Below are positions 25,213 to 34,430 of a stretch of DNA of 36,739 nt, one piece after another. The DNA lies in sequence record DRR723986_5578. One strand, 5' to 3'. How positions within the stretch are numbered: position 1 is the first letter of the stretch; each line of letters starts with the position of its first letter. The notes beneath the pieces are model-generated. The model made no database searches, was not told where the DNA came from, and saw only the letters and a program-made list of their open reading frames with translations. The position numbers and the translations under genes are program-made.

Positions 25213-26148
25213 ATGAACCTCTCTCGCATCGACCTAAACTTATTTATCGTCTTTGATGCCATCTACACCCACCACAGCCTCACGCGTGCAGCGGGTGTTT
25301 TACATGTCACCCAGCCCGCCGTTAGCAATGCACTCACGCGGCTGCGCAACACCCTCGACGACCCATTGTTCGTGCGCAGCCCGCAGGGCATGAGCCCGAC
25401 GCCGCTGGCCCGGCAGTTGATCACGCCGATCCGCGACGCCTTGCAGGGTCTGGAACAGTGCGTACAAACCCGCCAGCAATTCGATGCCGCAACAGCAAAA
25501 CAAACGCTGCGCCTGCATACCACCGAGCAGGCCGAAATCTTCTTACTCCCTCGCCTGTTGGAGCGGCTGGCCAAACACGCGCCCGGCATCAACCTGGAAG
25601 TGGAATTTATGCGCCGACGGGAAATCCCACTGGCACTGGCGGCAGGCGAGCTGCAGCTCGCGATTGACGCGCCGCTGATCAACCACAGCGAACTGGTATC
25701 GAAACCCCTTCGCCGCGACCACTACGTTTGCGTGATGCGGCGCGACCATCCGCTGGCCAAACGCGAGCTGAGTCTGGAGGACTTTCTGGCCGCGCGTCAT
25801 ATTCACATATCCAGTCGCAGCCGCGGCTCCGGACATATCGATCTGGCGCTGCGCAGCCTTGGCCACCAACGGCGTATCGCCCTGCGCCTGCAACACTACT
25901 CCAGCCTGCCATCCCTGCTGGCGCGCAGCGATGACCTTACCGCCATTCCCCAGAGCCTGGCCCAACTCGGCCCCTGGCACAGCAAGCCCCTGCCCTTCGA
26001 CTGCGCCGCCTTGGAATTGCATATGTTCTGGCACAAAAATGCCGACCACGAACCCAGCATTAACTGGCTGCGGGAACAGCTTGTGCAGTGTTGCGAAGAA
26101 TTAGAGAAAGAGCTGCCGGAGAACGCCGGCAGCTCATCGTCGGCTTAG
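25213..26148 (+). CDS. LysR-family transcriptional regulator
   Basis: MNLSRIDLNLFIVFDAIY, TQPAVSNALTRLR, DPLFVR; divergent from the ACAD operon. Confidence 0.93.
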   Translation: MNLSRIDLNLFIVFDAIYTHHSLTRAAGVLHVTQPAVSNALTRLRNTLDDPLFVRSPQGMSPTPLARQLITPIRDALQGLEQCVQTRQQFDAATAKQTLRLHTTEQAEIFLLPRLLERLAKHAPGINLEVEFMRRREIPLALAAGELQLAIDAPLINHSELVSKPLRRDHYVCVMRRDHPLAKRELSLEDFLAARHIHISSRSRGSGHIDLALRSLGHQRRIALRLQHYSSLPSLLARSDDLTAIPQSLAQLGPWHSKPLPFDCAALELHMFWHKNADHEPSINWLREQLVQCCEELEKELPENAGSSSSA

Positions 26149-28292
26149 GCGAAGGTCTCGCCTTTCTCAGCCTTGTCGAGCAGGACTTGCGGTGCAGCGA
26201 AGCGCTCGCCGTAGCGGCTTTCCAGCTCGGCCAAACGCGTGGCAAAGGCTTTCAAGCCGTAGGTGTTCACGTACTGCAAAACACCCCCGGTGTGAGGCGG
26301 GAAACCAATGCCCATAATCGAGCCGATATTGGCATCCGCCACTTGGTTCACTACATTTTCTTCGTAGCAGCGCAGCGACTCGACAATCTGCCTAAACAGC
26401 AAACGGTCTTTAATATCGTCTACGGGCAGGTCCACCTCGGGCTTGTGGTACAGCGAGTAAAGCTCCGACCACAACTGCTTTTCGCCACCCTCTGGGTAGT
26501 CGTAGTAACCGCCGCCATGGGCGCGGCCGCCGCGGCCGTATTCATTCAGCATTTTGCTGGCAATGCGGTAGCTGGCCGTTTCCCCGGCAAACTTGTCGCC
26601 GAGGCGCTCGTCCAGTTCGCGATTCGTTTCGCTCACCTTCACCGCCAATTGCTGGCTCACTTCGTCTTGCACGGCGAGCGGGCCAACCGGCATACCCACA
26701 GCGCGCCCCAGGTTTTCGATCAATACCGGATCGACACCTTCTTCAATGAGTTGCGCCCCTTCCTCGATATAGGTAGCGAATACGCGCGAGGTAAAGAAGC
26801 CACGCGAGTCGTTGACCACAATCGGCGTTTTGCGAATCTGCTGAGCGTAGTCAAACGCGCGCGCCAGGGTTTCATCAGAGGTCTGCTCACCGGTAATAAT
26901 TTCCACCAGCGGCATCTTGTCGACGGGCGAGAAAAAGTGAATACCGATGAAGTTCTCGGGGCGTTTTGCCGGCTCTGCCAGCAGGGTAATAGGCAGGGTT
27001 GAGGTGTTTGAGCCCCACACGCCATTTTCAGCCAGCTTGCCCTGCAGCTCTTCCGTGATCTTATGTTTGAGGTCAACGTTTTCAAACACCGCCTCAATAA
27101 TCAGGTCGCAGCCTTCGAGCAGGTCGGCATTATCAGTAGGGGTAATCAAGCCCAGCACTGATGCTTTTTTCTCTTCGGTCATGCGTCCACGGGCAACACG
27201 CTTGGTCAGCAGTGTATCGCTGTAGGCCTTACCCTTATCCGCTGCATCCTGGCTGATATCTTTAAGGATGACTTCAATGCCAGCCATCGCCGACACATAG
27301 GCGATCCCCTGCCCCATCATACCGGCGCCGAGAATACCGACTTTCTTCACAGCGGTTTTCTCAATGCCTGCCGGACGACTGCCGCCGCCGTTCACCTGAT
27401 TCATTTGCAGGAAGAAGCTCATCAGGTTCTTGGCAACTGGCGTGGTCACCAAGCCGACAAAAACCCGCGCCTCAATTTCCATTGCGGTGTCGAAGTCTAC
27501 ACGCAAGGTGTCGGCAACCACGTCCAAAATCTTAACGGGCGCTGGCACCAAGCCCCGCGTTTTTTGGAACAGCATGGGGTTGGCACCCTGCAACATTTGG
27601 GTGATCTTGGGGTTCTTGGCGTTGCCACCAGGAATTTTAAAGCCCTTCACATCCCAGGGGTTCATCGCCTCTGGGTTGGCTTTGATCCACGCCTTGGCTT
27701 TGCTGATCATGCTTGGCACATCGTCAGCCAGCTCTTCAACCAAACCGGCTTCCAGTGCTTTCTTGGCATTAAAGCGGGTGCCTTCCAGCAGCGGCATAAT
27801 GGCGCGTTCAACACCGAATTTATTCACCATGCGTACAATACCGCCACCGCCAGGCAGCAGACCCAGGCTCACTTCCGGCAGGCCCACTTGCACGGCCTTG
27901 CTGTCGAGTGCAACGCGATGGTGACAGGCCAGGCAAATCTCGTAACCGCCGCCGAGCGCCGCGCCGTTAATGGCCGCAACCACTGGGCGGCCCAGTTTCT
28001 CCATGCGGCGCAGCATGCCTTTGATCTTGAGGTTCATCTCAAACATTTCTGCCTCGCCCTCACCAGGCGTCAGGCTGAGCATGCTTTTGATATCACCGCC
28101 AGCAAAGAAACTGCTTTTTGCAGATGTGAGCACCACACCGGCAATGGATTCGCGCTCCGCTTCCAGGCGGTCAATGGTCTCGCCCATCAGCGCTACATAT
28201 TCGTCGTTCATCGCATTGACCGGACCGCTCATGTCCATAGTCACCGTTACGATGTTGTCGCTATCTTTTTCGTAGTTGAATGTTCCAGTCAT
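26145..28292 (-). CDS. Fatty acid oxidation complex alpha subunit (enoyl-CoA hydratase + 3-hydroxyacyl-CoA dehydrogenase), FadB/FadJ-like
   Basis: ALGGGYEICLACH, GLPEVSLGLLPGGGG, GILGAGMMG, IIEAVFE, SNTSTLPI, HFFSPV. Confidence 0.93.
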   Translation of the reverse strand: MTGTFNYEKDSDNIVTVTMDMSGPVNAMNDEYVALMGETIDRLEAERESIAGVVLTSAKSSFFAGGDIKSMLSLTPGEGEAEMFEMNLKIKGMLRRMEKLGRPVVAAINGAALGGGYEICLACHHRVALDSKAVQVGLPEVSLGLLPGGGGIVRMVNKFGVERAIMPLLEGTRFNAKKALEAGLVEELADDVPSMISKAKAWIKANPEAMNPWDVKGFKIPGGNAKNPKITQMLQGANPMLFQKTRGLVPAPVKILDVVADTLRVDFDTAMEIEARVFVGLVTTPVAKNLMSFFLQMNQVNGGGSRPAGIEKTAVKKVGILGAGMMGQGIAYVSAMAGIEVILKDISQDAADKGKAYSDTLLTKRVARGRMTEEKKASVLGLITPTDNADLLEGCDLIIEAVFENVDLKHKITEELQGKLAENGVWGSNTSTLPITLLAEPAKRPENFIGIHFFSPVDKMPLVEIITGEQTSDETLARAFDYAQQIRKTPIVVNDSRGFFTSRVFATYIEEGAQLIEEGVDPVLIENLGRAVGMPVGPLAVQDEVSQQLAVKVSETNRELDERLGDKFAGETASYRIASKMLNEYGRGGRAHGGGYYDYPEGGEKQLWSELYSLYHKPEVDLPVDDIKDRLLFRQIVESLRCYEENVVNQVADANIGSIMGIGFPPHTGGVLQYVNTYGLKAFATRLAELESRYGERFAAPQVLLDKAEKGETFA

Positions 28293-28338
28293 CGGACTTA
28301 CCTATTCTGTTAAATCTGAAAAATGCAGGGCTGCGCGC

Positions 28339-29547
28339 TTACACTCGCTCAACAATCGTTGCGATACCCATACCGCCGCCCACACACAAGGTCACCAAGC
28401 CAAAGCGTTGTTGGCGACGCTCCAGTTCATCCAGCACTGTGCTGATCAGCATGGCACCGGTCGCGCCCAGGGGGTGACCCATTGCAATGGCGCCACCGTT
28501 TACATTGATCTTTTCCCAGGGGGCTTGCGTGTCTTTTTGGAAACGCATCGCCACTGACGCAAACGCTTCGTTGATTTCAAACAGGTCGATCTGATCGATC
28601 GTCATACCGGCTTTTTCCAGTACCTTAAATGTGGCGGGGCCAGGGCCCGTCAACATAATGGTAGGCTCGGTTCCGGTAACCGCTGTCGCCACTACGCGGC
28701 CGCGGGGTTTCAGCCCCAGTTTGGCGCCCGCCGCTTCGCTGCCGATCAATACCGCGGCTGCGCCGTCGACAATACCTGAGGAGTTGCCCGCGTGGTGAAC
28801 GTGATTAATACGCGCAACGTGGGGGTATTTGCTCAAGGCAATATCGTCAAAACCCATGCCGCCAAGCATCTCAAAGGAGGGCTTCAGCTTACTCAGGCTT
28901 TCTACGGTGGTGCCCGGCTTAATAAAGTCGTCGCGCTGCAAGATGACCATGCCGTTGCCGTCTTTCACCGGAATTACCGAGCCGTCAAAGTAACCGGCCT
29001 CGCGGGCCGCCGCTGCGCGCTCTTGTGAGCGAACCGCAAAAGCGTCAACGTCTTCGCGGCTAAAGCCTTCCATTGTTGCAATCAAATCTGCGCCCACACC
29101 CTGGGGAACAAACGCGGTATCTGATGCGGTTTGCGGGTCTTCACCCCAGGCGCCGCCGTTGGCACCCATGGGCACGCGCGACATGCTTTCCACGCCACCG
29201 GCAACCACCAGTTCTTCCCAGCCAGAGGCAATCTTCATCGCCGCCAGGTTTACGGCCTCAAGGCCAGATGCGCAGAAGCGGTCCAGCTGAACACCGGCCA
29301 CTGACTCATCCCAGCCCGCCTTCATCACCGCAGTTTTCGCAATACAGGAACCCTGCTCACCCACTGGCGTTACACAGCCCATGACTACGTCATCCACCAG
29401 GGCGGTATCTAAACCGTGGCGGTCACGCAGGCCGTTTAGCAGGCCAGCAAGAAGATCGACGGGCTTCACCTGACTCAGGGGCGAACCCATTTTGCCTTTG
29501 GCACGCGGTGTTCTTACCGCGTCGTAGATAAAAGCACTGTTGCTCAT
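28339..29547 (-). CDS. Acetyl-CoA C-acyltransferase (thiolase)
   Basis: [36 protein letters not shown]; true start ATG 29547 (ORF-track extension to 29886 overlaps araC). Confidence 0.93.
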   Translation of the reverse strand: MSNSAFIYDAVRTPRAKGKMGSPLSQVKPVDLLAGLLNGLRDRHGLDTALVDDVVMGCVTPVGEQGSCIAKTAVMKAGWDESVAGVQLDRFCASGLEAVNLAAMKIASGWEELVVAGGVESMSRVPMGANGGAWGEDPQTASDTAFVPQGVGADLIATMEGFSREDVDAFAVRSQERAAAAREAGYFDGSVIPVKDGNGMVILQRDDFIKPGTTVESLSKLKPSFEMLGGMGFDDIALSKYPHVARINHVHHAGNSSGIVDGAAAVLIGSEAAGAKLGLKPRGRVVATAVTGTEPTIMLTGPGPATFKVLEKAGMTIDQIDLFEINEAFASVAMRFQKDTQAPWEKINVNGGAIAMGHPLGATGAMLISTVLDELERRQQRFGLVTLCVGGGMGIATIVERV

Positions 29548-29701
29548 GATGGTTCTCTCACTTTGCATGAAAATCGTGCACCAAAGATTGGACGCGGGGG
29601 GCCGCCTGAACAATGATCTGCTGTGACAGACGATAGACATTTTCTTACAGGTCGACGTAGACTGGCGCGCCAAGACAAAAGAATGACGGAGCGCCACAGT
29701 A

Positions 29702-30745
29702 GTGAGTGTCAGTGACCACCGCACGATTTCTGCCGCCTTTGTGCGGGCCATCGGAGCGCGCCAGCCCCTGTCGGCAAACCAACAATCGGCGCTGCTCGCC
29801 GAGTGCGACATTCCTGAAAGCGTGCTCACCAGCGACCGCGCCCGCATACGCCCGGCCCAGTTCGCACGCCTCATTGAGGCCGTCACCGAGCTGAGTGGCG
29901 ACGAGTCACTCGGCTACAACAAACACCCTCAAAAACCGGGTACGCTGTTGGCGCTAATGCGCTATGCCCACAACAGCGAAGACCTGCTTCAGGCATTTGA
30001 AAGACATATCGAACTGTTCAACCTCTTCGACTTTGGTTACAAGGTCAGCCTGCAACAGCGTGACGACTACGCCTTTTATCGACTGAGCCCGGAGCCGGGC
30101 TTTGAATTAACATCGTGGACCTGCGAGCAGCATATGTTGATGCACCACCGCTATTTTTGCTGGTTGTGTGGCACGCGGCTGCCCCTGCTTCGGGTCAACC
30201 TTCACTACCCCGTACCTCGCCACCGCGATGAATACCACTACCTGTTTCATACAGAAACGCGCTTCGCCCAAGCCCACACAGACTTTGTGTTTGCTCGCCG
30301 CTTGCTCAGCCTGCCGATAGTACGCAGCGCCGCCGAGCTGGAAGAGTTCCTGCCTCGGGTTCCCTATGAACTCATGCATATGCCCGACCAAGACGGCAGC
30401 TATACCGAGCAGATCAGGCGCTATTTAAAGAAGTCGCTGCCGCAGCTCCCCAACTACGAACACATTGCCGAGGCACTTGGCATCGGCGCGCAAACACTGC
30501 GGCGACGGCTCGCCCAGGAAGGCTGCGACTACCGCCAGCTCAAGCACGAATTACTGCGCGACCTCGCCATCGACTTACTCGCCGACCCGGAGCTGGATAT
30601 CAAAAGTATTTCTTATCAACTCGGCTTTTCTGAGCCCAGTGCTTTTATCCGCTCTTTCAAAAAATGGACCGGCAGCAGCCCCGGCGAGTATCGGCGCAAC
30701 AACACAATTAGCGCCGAGCAAGACACAGTCAAACCACTGCCATAA
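29702..30745 (+). CDS. AraC-family regulator (OruR/arabinose-binding-like N-domain)
   Basis: C-terminal HTH pair [10 protein letters not shown]...[29 protein letters not shown]. Confidence 0.9.
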   Translation: MSVSDHRTISAAFVRAIGARQPLSANQQSALLAECDIPESVLTSDRARIRPAQFARLIEAVTELSGDESLGYNKHPQKPGTLLALMRYAHNSEDLLQAFERHIELFNLFDFGYKVSLQQRDDYAFYRLSPEPGFELTSWTCEQHMLMHHRYFCWLCGTRLPLLRVNLHYPVPRHRDEYHYLFHTETRFAQAHTDFVFARRLLSLPIVRSAAELEEFLPRVPYELMHMPDQDGSYTEQIRRYLKKSLPQLPNYEHIAEALGIGAQTLRRRLAQEGCDYRQLKHELLRDLAIDLLADPELDIKSISYQLGFSEPSAFIRSFKKWTGSSPGEYRRNNTISAEQDTVKPLP

Positions 30746-30827
30746 CAGGCTGGCAAAACGCGCTGAGGCGTTTTACATTGATAGCCGCGAGCAAATAATA
30801 CCGATAACACGCCAAGGAGCTCCGGCT

Positions 30828-32378
30828 ATGAAGATTCACCAGTTCGTCGACTATCACGCGCGGGTGCGTGCTAGCAGCGACTGCATCATTTACCAAGACA
30901 CTGTCCTCAGCTACGGCGACATTACCGAGCAATCTCACCGTATTGCTGCAGGGTTACTGGCGCGGGGCATTCAACCCGGCGACCGCATCGCCATCATGTG
31001 TCAAAACTGCCCGGACTTTCTCACCGTGCTGCTGGCCTGCAGCCGCATTGGCGCGGTGTTGTGTGCGGTAAATTACCGCCTTGCCCCCGAAGAAATTCGC
31101 TACGTTGTGCAAGACAGCGAAGCAAAATTATTGATTGTTGCCGACGAGGAACTGGCCACCTTGAGCGACGCTGTGCAACAGGCCCAGCCCGAGCTGAACA
31201 TTCTGGCCAGCCACAACCAAAGCTGGACCGATTGGCTGTCTTCGCTGAGTGATGCTGGCGAGGTCGACAACAGCAGTGACAGCTCGGCAGCGCTACTCCA
31301 GCTCTACACCAGCGGCACCACCGGCCGCCCCAAAGGGGTGGTGCTCAGCCAGCGAAACATCCTGTCGCTGTACTGCATGACCAGCGCGTCCTGGGAGGTG
31401 AAATCGGGGCCTGGCGGCCGCGATCTCGTTAGCGCGCCCAACTTCCATATCGGCGGTGCCGGCACACTGATCCTGCCGGTGTTATCCGGCGCCAGCGTGG
31501 TACTGCACAAGACCTTCGACCCCTTTAAAATCGCAGAAGATCTTGAGCGTTATAAAATTGAAAACACCTTTATGGTTCCGGCGATGATCATGGCGCTGAT
31601 CCATATGGTGCCCGACCTGCGCCAACGCGACTTCAGCCACCTGCGGCAAATTGTGTACGGCGCCTCCCCCATCAACAGCGCACTACTACAAGCGGCAATG
31701 GACGTATTCGACTGCGACTTCTATCAGGTATACGGCATGACCGAGACCTGCGGGGCTGTCGTGTCACTCTCGGCAGACGATCACCGCCGCGCAGCGAACG
31801 ACGCCCCCGAACTGCTCGCCTCCTGCGGCCGACCCCAAGCGGGCGTTGACGTGAAAGTGGTCGACCGTGACGGCAATCCACTACCCAATGGCGAAACCGG
31901 CGAACTGCTCATCCGCTGCGACGCCAACATGATGGAATACTACAACCGCCCCGACGCAACCGCCGAAACCCTGGCCGGCGGCTGGGTGCACACCGGCGAC
32001 TCAGCAGTGATCGACGAGCACGGTTATATTTTCCTGCGAGACCGCATTAAAGACATGATTATTAGCGGCGGCGAAAATATCTATCCTATCGAGATCGAAA
32101 ACGCCCTCAGCCAACACCCGGCCGTGGCAGATGTTGCCGTGGTGGGCATTCCCTGTAAAAACTTTGGCGAAACGCCACTGGCCTGCGTGGTGCTGGCCGA
32201 GGGCAAGCAGCTAAACGAGGCGGAGATGATCGAGTTCTTACGCAATGACCTGGCAGGCTACAAAATTCCTCGCCAGCTCAAAGTGTTTGCCGAACTGCCG
32301 AGAAACCCAACCGGGAAAATTCTGAAAAAAGTGCTGCGCGAGCCCTACTGGGAAAATCAGGAACGGGCGATTAATTAA
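30828..32378 (+). CDS. Long-chain fatty-acid--CoA ligase (AMP-binding)
   Basis: YTSGTTGRPKGV, YGMTETCG, HTGD, DRIKDMIISGGENIYP, PRNPTGKILK; ATG 30828 after AAGGAG. Confidence 0.92.
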   Translation: MKIHQFVDYHARVRASSDCIIYQDTVLSYGDITEQSHRIAAGLLARGIQPGDRIAIMCQNCPDFLTVLLACSRIGAVLCAVNYRLAPEEIRYVVQDSEAKLLIVADEELATLSDAVQQAQPELNILASHNQSWTDWLSSLSDAGEVDNSSDSSAALLQLYTSGTTGRPKGVVLSQRNILSLYCMTSASWEVKSGPGGRDLVSAPNFHIGGAGTLILPVLSGASVVLHKTFDPFKIAEDLERYKIENTFMVPAMIMALIHMVPDLRQRDFSHLRQIVYGASPINSALLQAAMDVFDCDFYQVYGMTETCGAVVSLSADDHRRAANDAPELLASCGRPQAGVDVKVVDRDGNPLPNGETGELLIRCDANMMEYYNRPDATAETLAGGWVHTGDSAVIDEHGYIFLRDRIKDMIISGGENIYPIEIENALSQHPAVADVAVVGIPCKNFGETPLACVVLAEGKQLNEAEMIEFLRNDLAGYKIPRQLKVFAELPRNPTGKILKKVLREPYWENQERAIN

Positions 32379-32394
32379 AGCGAGGCTTGAAATT

Positions 32395-32436
32395 AAGGTG
32401 AGCTGACGCAGTTACCCACCGCGACAGCTCAGCCTT
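32395..32436. terminator. Imperfect hairpin between convergent ligase and YtoQ genes
   Basis: AAGGTGAGCTG...CAGCTCAGCCTT inverted repeat; no clear U-tract. Confidence 0.35.
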
Positions 32437-32458
32437 CACCCCTCAAAACACGAACAAA

Positions 32459-32896
32459 CTACGACTGAGCAACAATGTAGGTCAGCATCTCCACTACCTG
32501 CTCTGGTGTCGTCGCCCAGGCATAAGCGGCGGCATCCACCTCTTTCAATGGGTGAACAATCTCCTCACCATGCAGCGTAATATAGGGCTTACCCTTCGCC
32601 GCGCAATACCCCGCATCAAAGGCCGCGTTCCACTGCTTATATTTATCGCCAAAGCGGATTACCGCAATATCGCAATGCTCGATCAGTGTGGATATCCGCA
32701 TCGCATTCACCTTTGCCGACTTGTGATCGCGCCAAAAACTGTTCTCCTCCGCGCCCAACACATCACCCGCGGCATCACTGGCCTCATGATTCGTCACCGC
32801 CGATGAAAACGTAATACCACTGCCTTTGCAGCCAGCAATAATTTGCTCCCGCCAGTCTGTATGGATTTCGCCGGAAAGATAGACATTCAATTTCAT
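32459..32896 (-). CDS. YtoQ family protein (nucleoside 2-deoxyribosyltransferase-like)
   Basis: VYLSGEIHTDWRE, HEASD, RFGDKYKQWNAAFDAGY, HPLKEVDA; ATG 32896. Confidence 0.85.
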   Translation of the reverse strand: MKLNVYLSGEIHTDWREQIIAGCKGSGITFSSAVTNHEASDAAGDVLGAEENSFWRDHKSAKVNAMRISTLIEHCDIAVIRFGDKYKQWNAAFDAGYCAAKGKPYITLHGEEIVHPLKEVDAAAYAWATTPEQVVEMLTYIVAQS

Positions 32897-33015
32897 GTTA
32901 AAAGCCCTGGAGATCGATTTAGAAAAACGAATTGATACGCAAAAGAACAGCGAATGGTATCGGAATCTGGGCTGACCAGCCAAGCGTCATCAACAAACCA
33001 CTGGCCGCCCTGCGC

Positions 33016-33591
33016 TTATTTCGGCTTTTCCTCGTTTGCCAGCATGGTTAGGTATTTGGCAAAACGCCGCTGCCGCGTCTCCGGTTTTTTCGCACTGATC
33101 AAACCGTAGGCAATCACAAAACGACTCGCTTTATTCAGCGTATCAAAAAACGACTTCGCCTTCGGTTCAATTTCAAGCGCCGCTAGAAAATCCTCTGGCA
33201 CCACCATCTCACTCACCGCATACGCGTTTTCCCAACGTCCATCTGCCTGCGCCGCGCGAACATGCACCAGGCCCGGCTCCTGCATTCGACCCTCGTCAAT
33301 CAAACGCTCCACATGTGCCCGGTTCCGCTTCGACCAACTGCTGCGCGCCTTGCGCGGCGTAATCCGCTGCAGATACGCCTGCTCATCGAGCAACTTCTTT
33401 ACCCCGTCGATCCACCCCCAGCACAAGGCCTCAATCACCACCTCATCCCAGATCACACTAATCACCGCCGACTGCTTCTTAAAAATCTTCACCCACAACT
33501 CACTCTCACTGGCATGATTTACCTCAAGCCAGGCAGCAAGTTGCTTTGGTGTTGGGAACGCTATGATTCGAGATGGGTCGACGTCTGGCAT
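33016..33591 (-). CDS. YdeI/OmpD-associated (bacteriocin-protection) family protein, terminal cassette
   Basis: WLEVNH, EALCWGWIDG, TPRKARSSWSKRN, VPEDFLAAL, AKKPETRQRR. Confidence 0.88.
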   Translation of the reverse strand: MPDVDPSRIIAFPTPKQLAAWLEVNHASESELWVKIFKKQSAVISVIWDEVVIEALCWGWIDGVKKLLDEQAYLQRITPRKARSSWSKRNRAHVERLIDEGRMQEPGLVHVRAAQADGRWENAYAVSEMVVPEDFLAALEIEPKAKSFFDTLNKASRFVIAYGLISAKKPETRQRRFAKYLTMLANEEKPK

Positions 33592-33603
33592 TTAATGACG
33601 TTC

Positions 33604-33721
33604 TCTTAACGCCTAAAACAGCGGCAGATAAAATGGAGCGCGTTTTTGTGCAAAAATGAACACAGCGAATGCACAAAAAGGCGCGGAGTTTTGGCTCTCC
33701 GACTCCCGGTATTTGTTAGGC
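33604..33721 (-). repeat. attC site (118 bp) of the GNAT cassette
   Basis: Minus strand R'' GCCTAAC (contains GNAT stop) ... long stem TTTTTGTGCA/TGCACAAAAA ... R' GTTAAGA; L boxes poorly paired. Confidence 0.8.
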
Positions 33722-34297
33722 AAGTTTGTGTTCAAGATTTTGTTTAACTCCGGGCCATTCATTTGCAATTATGCTAAACAGGACGGAGTCTCTTATCCGC
33801 CCATCTGGCATGACCATATGATTACGCAATATACCTTCCTGCTTTGCGCCAAGCCGCAATATAGCATTGCGAGAATTAGAGTTAAGATAGTCAGTTAGCA
33901 GCTCTACACGATTTAAACCGAGAGTCTCGAAGGCATGTGTGAGCATGAGCAATTTAGCTTCAGTATTTATTTTCGTCCTTTGAAAGGATTTTCCAAGGAA
34001 CGTGAAGCCAATTTCGACGCGCTTGTTTGGGAGATTGGCCTTCATGAACCGTGTAGAACCTGCAATTTGGTTGGTGGCTTCATCAATGGTGGCAAATGCC
34101 AAGCCATCGCCGAACTCATGCGCGCTAAATGCATTTTGAAGAAATTTGTCGATGTCACTTATGTGAGGAACTAATGTGAAAAACAAGTTCCATAACTCAC
34201 CATCTGAAATAGCGCGACACAACCCGTCCTTGTGCCTTTCAGATAAAGGCTCTAAGCGGACATTTTTTCCTTGTAATACTACGGGTTCGAATATCAT
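33716..34297 (-). CDS. GNAT family N-acetyltransferase (RimJ/RimL-like), cassette
   Basis: VRLEPL, GSTRF, VEIGFTFL, INTEAKLLML, RVEL, NSRNAILRLGAKQEGILRNH, RDSVLFSI. Confidence 0.9.
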   Translation of the reverse strand: MIFEPVVLQGKNVRLEPLSERHKDGLCRAISDGELWNLFFTLVPHISDIDKFLQNAFSAHEFGDGLAFATIDEATNQIAGSTRFMKANLPNKRVEIGFTFLGKSFQRTKINTEAKLLMLTHAFETLGLNRVELLTDYLNSNSRNAILRLGAKQEGILRNHMVMPDGRIRDSVLFSIIANEWPGVKQNLEHKLA

Positions 34298-34319
34298 GAC
34301 TTTCCTTGATCGAGAGATT

Positions 34320-34418
34320 TCCTAACGCCTGAGTTCACCGGCATTTGAGGCGATGCCTGTTTTTGCGGTAGCAAAAATGGGCAGCGGGTCAAATGTCCGG
34401 TGCAACGATTTGTTAGGT
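34320..34418 (-). repeat. attC site (99 bp) of the CBASS cassette
   Basis: Minus strand ACCTAAC-AAATC-GTTGCACC-GGAC...GCC-GGTGAAC-TCAGGC-GTTAGGA: canonical R''/L''/L'/R' with both extrahelical bases. Confidence 0.93.
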
Positions 34419-34430
34419 GCGCGCGGCACC

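Noticed and set aside
26088-28313. Long plus-strand ORFs (304 aa and 302 aa) opposite the fadB-like gene
   Set aside because: Antisense shadows of a GC-rich, codon-biased gene; no motifs or RBS
29548-29886. N-terminal extension of the thiolase in the ORF track
   Set aside because: Overlaps the divergent araC gene; thiolase homology begins at MSNSAF (29547)
30465-30827. N-terminal extension of the acyl-CoA ligase
   Set aside because: Overlaps the araC 3' end; strong AAGGAG RBS precedes ATG 30828
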